Assembly: GCA_002269645.1 (NCBI GenBank)
Contig: NIVC01001019.1
Coordinates: 1-64,000 of the forward strand
Length of the DNA: 64,000 nucleotides
Source: Macrostomum lignano
Lineage: Eukaryota
Reading direction: 5' to 3'
The translations under genes were made by a program, and so were the position numbers. The notes beneath the pieces were generated by a model. That model saw only the letters and a program-made list of their open reading frames with translations, made no database searches and was not told the origin of the DNA. This document shows positions 24,834-64,000 of this stretch, piece after piece. Each line of letters opens with the position of its first letter. The stretch's first letter is position 1.

Positions 24834-25253
24834 ATGCAGGCAGCTACGGGAAGCGCACTATTCGTCGAATGCAAACTGGGCGATCTGCTGAATATTGACG
24901 AGTCTCAATTTAGCCTGGACAGCCTTGAAAGTTTGTATGAGTGCTTCGTTCGCGAGCAGATGGGCCCCATAGTGCTACTCAGCTCTGTCGCCGCCACCCT
25001 AATGGTAAACGCGATGCTCTACTGTCTAGGCAGCTTCATGGACCGGGCCAAGGACCGCGAGGATTTCTACGCTTCCAGACTGCGCGATCGGCACGTGAAA
25101 AGCCGCCACGTGGCCACCATCCTGCTGCCGTCCGTGCCCGGCGCCAACGCGGCCGCGGCAGCCGCCGCTGCGACCGCAGCTGTCGCTGGCGGCAATCGAA
25201 CCGGCGGCCAAATCTCGGGCAGCTCGCAGGAGCAAATCCTCCGTGATGGCTAG
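24834..25253 (+). CDS. Uncharacterised 139-aa protein with one predicted transmembrane segment
   Basis: ATG at 24834; GC-rich coding-like composition; hydrophobic IVLLSSVAATLMVNAMLYCLGSF followed by a charged segment and poly-Ala; no family recognised. Confidence 0.55.
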   Translation: MQAATGSALFVECKLGDLLNIDESQFSLDSLESLYECFVREQMGPIVLLSSVAATLMVNAMLYCLGSFMDRAKDREDFYASRLRDRHVKSRHVATILLPSVPGANAAAAAAAATAAVAGGNRTGGQISGSSQEQILRDG

Positions 25254-25345
25254 TTGGCGCTGCTGGCGACGGTTTAAACTTGCATCCTGACTGCGCAATA
25301 TTGGCTGCCTTCCTTGCCAAAAGCAATTGTTGTATCAAATAGTAA

Positions 25346-26300
<955 letters not shown>

Positions 26301-26759
26301 TAATAATATTGGTATACCTGAATACTCTGATGCCAGAAAACTTCATTTTAATTCCAGTTTGATGGGCAGGCCAATCAACTAAATCTTCGTAATAACCGAA
26401 TTTATTCGATGCTATACAAATTTATTGCACTCAATTAATTGGGCTCATAGATATGCAGTACCACAGAGTCCTTTGCCCTTTGGTGATCGGCTCCTGGATG
26501 AGAACTGAATGAGGGCAAGTGTCTTTCAGAGAGAAGGTTAGGAAGGCCACCGTAACGATAATTAGAGTCGCCCCTGTTCTCCTACTCTCTTCCCCTTCCC
26601 CTCATTTTTCTTCCCAACTGAGCAGCAATGGGATACGCTCGGATTGGTCGCCGGGAGAGAATAAATGCTCCTCAATTTCTATCAGATATTCGAAGCTTGC
26701 TCTGCATCCCCCTTGCATCCCGCTACGGTGGTCTCGGCCTTCTGCAGTTACCAGCACCG

Positions 26760-56322
<29,563 letters not shown>

Positions 56323-59300
56323 TCATTTAAAGTACACCGCGTACTATAGTCATTAGGACAGCCAGGGGTACAGTAAATTTTTGTCTAACACATTTATATT
56401 GAATCCTATTGATAAACATGCATATTTGTATTACATACTCGGATTACTATACTGTACGCATGTGTTTTTGAGATCTGAAATCCGCCGTATTTCTTTTGTT
56501 TATTTTCATTGATTGAGAGCTTTTAAATTTGCGGTGAAAATTAACGTGCTGTCTGTTATGATAAGACGTCACGAAATTATGATTTCTTGCTAAGACTTAC
56601 ATTTAATTATATATATATTCAATGCAATGTAATTATTCTAGGTAGATAAACTTTTTAGCCATATAATATTTTTTTATTATCGTGTTTGAAAAATGACTTT
56701 GACAGCTAAATTTATAGTACGTTTACACTTATGATGCGTCTCAATGTACTACATAATTACATCAGATTTTATTTCCGGCAAATGAAACAAAAATTGGCAC
56801 AATTTTGATATCATTTGAAATTATTTGGCAAAATGGCGAGAAAAAGCTGCTATTTAGCACATGTTCATGCAGAGTCTTTAAAGCCTATGGATAATGAAAG
56901 GTACGTTAGGTAGTGTCTAGAGCACTATATATAGAGTTTTTATCTAAATTGCATTTTTTATTTTGTCAGAGCGCGGTAATTTTTTGTACGTTGTAAGGGC
57001 AAATCCGGGCAGTCACCATGTATTGAAAACTTTCCACTTGATGATTGTTCAGTTTTTATAATATACATGTAGATGTAATGCTTGATATCTAGTGTTACTA
57101 TTCATGTCGAGTCCATGTACATCATCCGCTTAAGGCAGGTCGGCAAACTCCGGCCTGCTGCCAGCGAAGCTAATTCTCTATCCGGCTCTCGGGTCCTTGA
57201 AACTTAACAATTAGCAATCAGGCCTGCTCAATGTTTGTGTCTCTTCTTCTCTCCTCTCTTCCTTCTCTCCTCTCTCCCTCTCCTCTCTCCTCTCTCCATC
57301 TATTCCCTCGCTTCTACTTTCTCTTATCTATCTTCAGCTATTTTCTCTTTTCCCTCTCAGCTCTCTCTTTTTCTTTGGCTCGCAGTCATGCGCTAGGTTC
57401 TCTTTCTGGCCCCCGAGGTAAAAAAATTGCCATCCCGGCCCCCGGCTTAAAGGTTTCGAATCAGCAGAACTTCGTACAGAAAAGAAGCAAAAAATATTTC
57501 TGTAAGTTTATTACCTATCTATTTAGAACGTAATATTTGAATACCGGTATAAGAACTGAGTGTACAAAAATTATTCAATGACTTACTTTGAAATTGCTTA
57601 CGTCTGTTGAGTGTCGAGTGTCGAGTAGGGGCCTTTTCATATTGCTTGTTCTGGTTCCAGAACCAGAACCAATTTGTGAAGTATAACTTTTTGTCTCCAT
57701 AACTAGAGGGAAATACGTGCTATAAAGTTTTTATTTTTGAATGACAATCGCCAAGAAGAAAGTGAAAAATTGTGCTAAGTGAGGTTGTTAAGGCAGTCAA
57801 ACATACAACAGAATTAAATAGTTATACTGCTGCTTTTCTTGGAAGATCCGAACCGATTCTGGATTCTGATTCTGGAATTGGTAATATGAAAAGCCTCTAG
57901 TAGCCAGTCCGGCCGTATCTAAGAGCCCATTATAACATTCAGTACTTTGCGAGTTGTCAAAGCGGAAGTAAATATGATTTTATTTTAGTTTTTGCTAGCT
58001 TTTATAAAATCAAGAATTTTAGAGGCAAAATGTTTTAGGATTCAGGAGTTTTTGATATACGGTTCAAATATTATGCAGATTTCAATCTTCAGATTTTATA
58101 GGAAATGCTGCAAGTAGATCGATCAATAAGCAGATCAATAAATTGCACAATTTTTCAGCACGTTCAGTTAACTGAAAATATATTCATCTGGGGGCACTTT
58201 TTATCTCTATTCCACCGTGACTATTTCATTGAGTCTAAACCGTACGATTCTTTAAAATACAGGTGTACAGCCAGTACAGGTACAGGTATAGATAATAAAA
58301 TTAAAATACAGTTATAGAAGATCTGTCATATATATTAGATGATGAAAAAAGATAGGCCTAAGACAAAATTCCCTTCATTTATCTGTGACTCAGCATATGT
58401 GGCTCCATTTCCATTGTATTGAATATTAAACCCTTAGGCCCTACTCAGAACAGCTTAGGAAGCTAAAAATTGAGTTGAGGTCAATCTCTTTAGTATAATT
58501 CTAGCTAGTGCTTGTGGTCTGTTGTTGTTAGATTTTTAGATTTGTGTTAGGTTTACTGGTATCTGAATCTGATAAACTGATTTTTGCTCTATTGTGCCTC
58601 TTTTTATCATAATCTTGTGTATTCCATTCAATAAATACCTAACATACACCAAAATTCTCTCTATTTAATTGGTGTGTATCACATGTATTATCAGATTTCT
58701 TTTCTGCTCAAAAGATTTGGTATAATTATAAGAAGCTTCTAAACTTATAGAATGAGACTTATAGAATGTCTTAAAAGTTACTATTAGCCTATTAAATTTT
58801 AAAATACTAATTAATAAGTACAATAGTATTTAGTATTATATAAATTGTAGTATATAATAACAAATTGAGCAATTGTTATCTTTTTTGAATTACCCATCTA
58901 ACATAATTTTAAGTTTATATTTCTAATAATAGCTAAAATAGTTAAAAAATAGTTTATATCATCAATATAACAGTACAACTTAAATTAAATTAGGTAGGTT
59001 GATCCTATAGGTCAAATTTCAATGAGAGTGCTAGAGACTTTGTATGTATCTTGGCAAAATAGTTTGGCACCTTTTATCATTTTTAGCAGTATCTTCTTCT
59101 CTCTAAGTTAAAGGCAACTGTTCAGCACCCATTCCTTGTGTCACTATTGTTATACTTTATTTTTTACTTTATTCAATTATTTCTTGAATCATTAGGAACC
59201 TCATTATAGACTGGAATGAATGGAGATTCATTAATTCTCAATTTCTGATACCAATTTATTGCTGCTATGCTTGTAAGCTTTGTTTTCCTGCTGTGCTGGA

Positions 59301-61464
59301 ATGAACAAATTTGCTTTTACTTGCATGCAGTTTGTTTGCAGCTCGCAAGTTGCGGGAGTTGCTAGCCGAGCAGCAATTCAACTAGCCACATTTACCATCG
59401 CCACTGCTGTGTCGGCCTCCGCCTTCTCTTCGACCTCGACTCCAGTCAGCTGCTTCGACTCCGCCATGCTGGTGTCGCCTGACAAGGCTTTGCCGGGCCG
59501 CGCAACCCCCATGCGCGTCTCTAACGTCCACGCCGTGCTGAAGGGCAACAGCGCTGTGCCGCCGTTTCCGCCTGACACACTCAGCATCGTGTTCGGCCTC
59601 GGCTGCTACTGGGGCGCAGAGCGCCTGTTCTGGCGCATGAAGGGCGTTTATTCTACGCAGGTGATTGACAGAATCCAATAATTCAATAGCAATATTACAA
59701 TATTGTTAACCGGGAAGCCCGCGTGAATGCTTGCCCTGTTTATTTCAATGTCCTTTCCGCAGTCTTTGTGCTTATCAACAGGTAGTTGTCCCAATCAGTG
59801 CACCCTCTCTCTGCCTCCAAGATCTTTGTGTCTGTCAGCTGGCCCAGCACAGCCTCTCCTGGGTCTTTGTGTCTGTCAGCTGGCCCAGCACACCGCAGCC
59901 TCTTCTGGGTCTTTGTGTCTGTCAGCTGGCCCAGCACACCGCAGCCTCTTCTGGGTCTTTGTGTCTGTCAGCTGGCCCAGCACACCGCAGCCTCTCCTGG
60001 GTCTTTGTGTCTGTCAGCTGGCCCAGCACACCGCAGCCTCTCCTGGGTCTTTGTGTCTGTCAGCTGGCCCAGCACACCGCAGCCTCTCCTGGGTCTTTGT
60101 GTCTGTCAGCTGGCCCAGCACACCGCAGCCTCTCCTGGGTCTTTGTGTCTGTCAGCTGGCCCAGCACACCGCAGCCTCTCCTGGGTCTTTGTGTCTGTCA
60201 GCTGGCCCAGCACAGCCTCTCCTGGGTCTTTGTGTGTCAGCTGGCCCAGCACACCGCAGCCTCTCCTGGGTCTTTGTGTCGGGCGTCTGGCCTAGCACAC
60301 TATGTTCACAACTCTTTCCTGAGTCTATCAGTCACTGAGTCTTCACTTCTCTGCTCGTGCCCCCTCACAACTCCGCAGGTGGGATTCGCTGGCGGCTTCA
60401 CTCCCAATCCCACTTATAAGGAGGTGTGCAGCGGCCGCACCGGCCACGCCGAAGTGGTTCGAGTTGTGTACCGGCCCGCCGAGCTTCCGCTGACTGGCCT
60501 GCTCAAGGCCTTCTGGGAGAGCCACGATCCAACTCAGGTGAGCAGCTAATGGGAATGGCGCTGTTTGCTGGTAATTACCTGCTCCTGCACTAATGAAGGT
60601 AGAACTATAAGGGCGGAGTGATGGAGCCACTTCTACTATGCTAAATAAAGTAATATGGTGCTTAACCCTATCCCTAGCGGAGAATATGGAGTGTCGGAGA
60701 TGTGAAATGTCGGAGATATGAAATGTCGGAGATATGAAATGTCGGAGATATGGAGTGTCGGAGATATGAAGTGTCGGAGATATGAAGTGTCGGAGATATG
60801 GAGTGCCGGAGATATGCAGTGTCGGAGCTATGGAGTGTCGGAGATATGGAGTGTCGAAGATGTGAAATGTCGGAGCTATGAAATGTCGGAGATATGAAAT
60901 GTCGCAGCTATGAAATGTCGGAGATATGAAATGTCGGAGATATGAAATGTCGCAGCTATGAAATGTCGGAGATATGAAATGTCGGAGATATGAAGTGTCG
61001 GAGATATGAAATGTCGGAGATATGAAGTGTCGGAGATATGAAATGTCGGATATATGAAGTGTCGGAGATATGGAGTGTCGGTTGGAGTTGGGACGGATTT
61101 TGGGACAGAACTATATTGTCGCGAGAGTCAGACGCGTCAACCGCTGAGCTGCTCTGCCCCTCCCCCCAACCAGGGCATGCGGCAGGGCAACGATGTCGGC
61201 ACGCAGTACCGGTCCGCCATCTACTACTCGGCATCGGATTCGGCCGAGGCGCAGCTGGTTGCTGAGTCGGCCAGAGCTTACTCCGAGGCTTTGGTAGCCA
61301 AGGCTAAACTGCCGCCCGGCGGCTCTGTGACCACCGAGATTGCGCCGCTGAAGGAGTTCTATTATGCCGAGGACGAGCACCAGCAGTACCTGCACAAGCA
61401 TCCCGACGGCTACTGCGGACTGCGAGGCACCGGGGTGGCCTGCCCAGCGCTGCCCGGAAAATAG
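59301..61464 (+). CDS. MSRA: Peptide methionine sulfoxide reductase A, 3 exons
   Basis: Exons 59301 (or 59325/59466)-59660, 60379-60537, 61174-61464, all phase 0 with GT-AG; motifs [55 protein letters not shown] and GYCG. Confidence 0.96.
59820..60280. repeat. 46-bp minisatellite, MsrA intron 1
   Basis: CTCTCCTGGGTCTTTGTGTCTGTCAGCTGGCCCAGCACACCGCAGC, about 10 copies. Confidence 0.95.
60690..61080. repeat. 16-bp repeat (TGTCGGAGATATGAAA)n, MsrA intron 2
   Basis: Direct reading. Confidence 0.95.
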
Positions 61465-61619
61465 AACTGACTGGTTACTCTTGGCTGCGGCCTGATATTC
61501 AGAATGAACCATATGAGTATGAGGAGTACTGATCTTGCTGATTTTATCTTGTTGGGAAGGCAGAACTTGATGACTGCCAACAAATTCTACGTGATCTATA
61601 ATCCCATTCTCGAATAATC

Positions 61620-62570
61620 TGAATCCCATCCTCAGATATCTAGAATCCCATCCTCAGATATCTAGAATCCCATCCTCAGATGTCTAGAATCCGTTCTCAG
61701 ATATCTAGAATCCCGTGCTCAGATGTCTAGAATCCCATCCTCAGATATCTAGAATCCCATCCTCAGATATCTAGAATCCCATCCTCAGATATCTAGAATC
61801 CCATCCTCAGATGTCTAGAATCCCGTTCTCAGATATCTAGAATCCCGTGCTCAGATATCTAGAATCCCGTGCTCAGATATCTAGAATCCCATCCTCAGAT
61901 ATCTAGAATCCCATCCTCAGATATCTAGAATCCCATCCTCAGATATCTAGAATCCCATCCTCAGATATCTAGAATCCCATCCTCAGCTATCTAGAATCCC
62001 ATCCTCAGATATCCAGAATCCCGTGCTCAGATATCTAGAATCCTGTGCTCAGATATCTAGAATCCCGTGCTCAGATATCTAGAATCCTATCCTCAAATAT
62101 CTGAAATACCATCCTCAGATGTCTAGACTCCCATTTTCAGATATCTAGAATCCCGTCCTCAGATATCTAGAATCCCATCCTCAGATATCTAGAATCCCAT
62201 CCTCAGATATCTAGAATCCCATCCTCAGATATCTAGAATCCCATCCTCAGATATCTAGAATCCCGTGCTGAGATATCTAGAATCCCGTGCTCAGATATCT
62301 AGAATTCCATCCTCAAATATCTAGAATCCCATCCTCAGATATCTAAAATCCCATCCTCAGATATCTAGAATCCCATCCTCAGATATCTAAAATCCCGTGC
62401 TCAGATATCTAGAATCCCATCCTCAGATATCTAGAATCCCATCCTCAAATATCTAGAATCCCATTTTCAGATATCTCGAATCCCATCCTAAAAATCTAGA
62501 ATCTCATCCTCAGATATCTAGAATCCCATTTTCAGATGTCTTGAATCCCATCCTAGAACGACTAGAATCC
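61620..62570. repeat. 22-bp repeat (TCTAGAATCCCATCCTCAGATA)n downstream of MsrA
   Basis: About 43 copies. Confidence 0.96.
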
Positions 62571-63019
62571 CAACCCCGATTTCGCTACATCACAATGATG
62601 ATCTCTAACAATCGTGATCGATACTCTTAAACTTTTTTGATCAGAAGGACGAATTAATTATTTATTGGAACATATTTTTCGCGCTCTAAATCTGTTAATT
62701 GTTTTAACTATAAATTTTATTGGGTTCAAATATACGCGAATCCAGTACTAACTAGTAGTATTGACAAATTTCTCACACAGCACACTGCGTCATGGCATGC
62801 TTGATTATCTATTGTCCATTTTTTAATATTTTCACGCTTTCACCTTCAGCTGTGTTTTTAATGCAACAAAATAATAACAACGCAAAATTGAATTCAATTA
62901 AACTGTAGGGTACTGAAGTTAAGTTCATGTGGCTAAGGCACGGAGTTAGTGCGCGTGCACTTAATATTTATAGATGCATATACATATACATGTATGACTT
63001 GTGCGAGCAGAGTGGCTAT

Positions 63020-63295
63020 GCAAAAAATCTCACAAATCTCATCATAATCTCATAAATCTCAAAATAATCTCACGAACCTCATTGTAATCTCACAAACCTC
63101 ATTGTAATCTCATCATAATCTCACAAATCTCAATATAATCTCACAAATCTCAGTATAATCTTATAAATCTCATCATAATCTCACAAATCTCATCATAATT
63201 TTACAAATTTCATCTTAATCTCAAATCTATCTATAATTTCACAAAACTCATGAAAACCTCATGAATCTCACCACAATCTCAAGAATCTCATTAAG
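63020..63295. repeat. Degenerate (AATCTCACA/AATCTCAT) repeat
   Basis: Direct reading. Confidence 0.8.
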
Positions 63296-63348
63296 ATTTG
63301 ACTTTTCTCTTTGAGTACAATCTCAACAGACTCCTCTCATCCCCATCG

Positions 63349-63834
63349 CTAGTCCCTGGTCTTCTTGCCGGTGGAGCCGGCAGTCCTCAGGCGGCCCCTC
63401 AGCCGCTCGTTCTCCTCGCGCAGCGCCGCCACCTCCCGTTTGACGGCGACGAATTCGCGAAAATTCGCGTCGCCAGACTCGCGCGCCGTTGCCGCCTGCT
63501 GCTTTGGCGCCTGCGCCAGCGGCGCCGGCTGTTGTTGGCGCTTTGCGGCCAGCCGCAGCGCCTCAATTTCGGCCTCCAGTGCCCCGTTCTCCGCAGCCAG
63601 GCGCGATTCTTGGGCGCGTGCCTCTGCCAGCCGGCGCTCCGAGTCGGCCAGACGGAGTGCCAGCCGCTCGGCTCGCTGGCGCAGCTCCTCCAGCTCGCGC
63701 TGGCAGTCCTCCAGCTGGCGCTGCCGCTCCGCCTCAGCCTGGCTGTCGGCGTCGCGGTCGCGCGCCAGCTGGTCGAGCCGAAGGCGCAGCTCGGCGCATT
63801 TCTGGCGCTCCGCGCTGAGCTCGTGTTGAGCGGC
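63349..63834 (-). CDS. Terminal exon of a coiled-coil protein gene extending beyond the window
   Basis: CAG acceptor at 63835-37; 161 codons rich in E/R/A/L/Q with heptad character; stop at 63349. Confidence 0.8.
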   Translation of the reverse strand, partial: AAQHELSAERQKCAELRLRLDQLARDRDADSQAEAERQRQLEDCQRELEELRQRAERLALRLADSERRLAEARAQESRLAAENGALEAEIEALRLAAKRQQQPAPLAQAPKQQAATARESGDANFREFVAVKREVAALREENERLRGRLRTAGSTGKKTRD

Positions 63835-63920
63835 CTGTTTTTTGGGGCACAGTGGGTGTGCTATGGATTGCTTTGTTAAGCCTTTTAGCGCCACAGGACC
63901 TAGGTTCGAATCCGCGACCC

Positions 63921-64000
63921 TAGTGCTGGCGCCCCTGGTGCTGGCGCCCCTGGTGCTGGCGCCCCTGGTGCTGGCGCCCCTGGTGCTGGCGCCCCTGGTG
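63921..64000. repeat. 15-bp repeat (GTGCTGGCGCCCCTG)n running off the window
   Basis: Reverse complement equals the variant unit of the PLC intron 8 array. Confidence 0.92.

Noticed and set aside
57135-57445. hAT-like left end GCAGGTCGGCAAACTCCGGCC
   Set aside because: The right TIR and TSD could not be established.
59820-60280. CRISPR-like appearance of the 46-bp array (and the 82-bp and 22-bp arrays)
   Set aside because: Head-to-tail repeats with no unique spacers, no cas genes and a eukaryotic context.

Overview
Eukaryotic (invertebrate animal) genomic DNA. GC-rich exons with poly-Ala tracts and satellite-filled introns resemble the flatworm Macrostomum; this is inference only. Host genes: a complete 24-exon phospholipase C-beta (26760-56322, +), a 3-exon MsrA (59301-61464, +), a LIM-domain ORF (19324-20307, -), a small orphan membrane-protein ORF (24834-25253, +) and the last exon of a coiled-coil gene (63349-63834, -). 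The first 24 kb is mostly old transposons: two mariner relics, hAT-type MITEs, a decayed Ty1/copia element in a three-level nest, a tRNA-derived SINE and an EnSpm-like element in the SINE's (TG)n tail. The best lead is a 9.1-kb intact Ty3/gypsy element antisense in PLC intron 13, with apparently identical LTRs and one 2043-aa Gag-Pol ORF. It carries a cold-shock (OB-fold RNA-chaperone) domain between the Gag zinc knuckle and the protease, an unusually long tRNA-Gln-complementary leader, and a frame-preserving tandem repeat after pol. All assignments were made by eye from motifs; no database searches were run.
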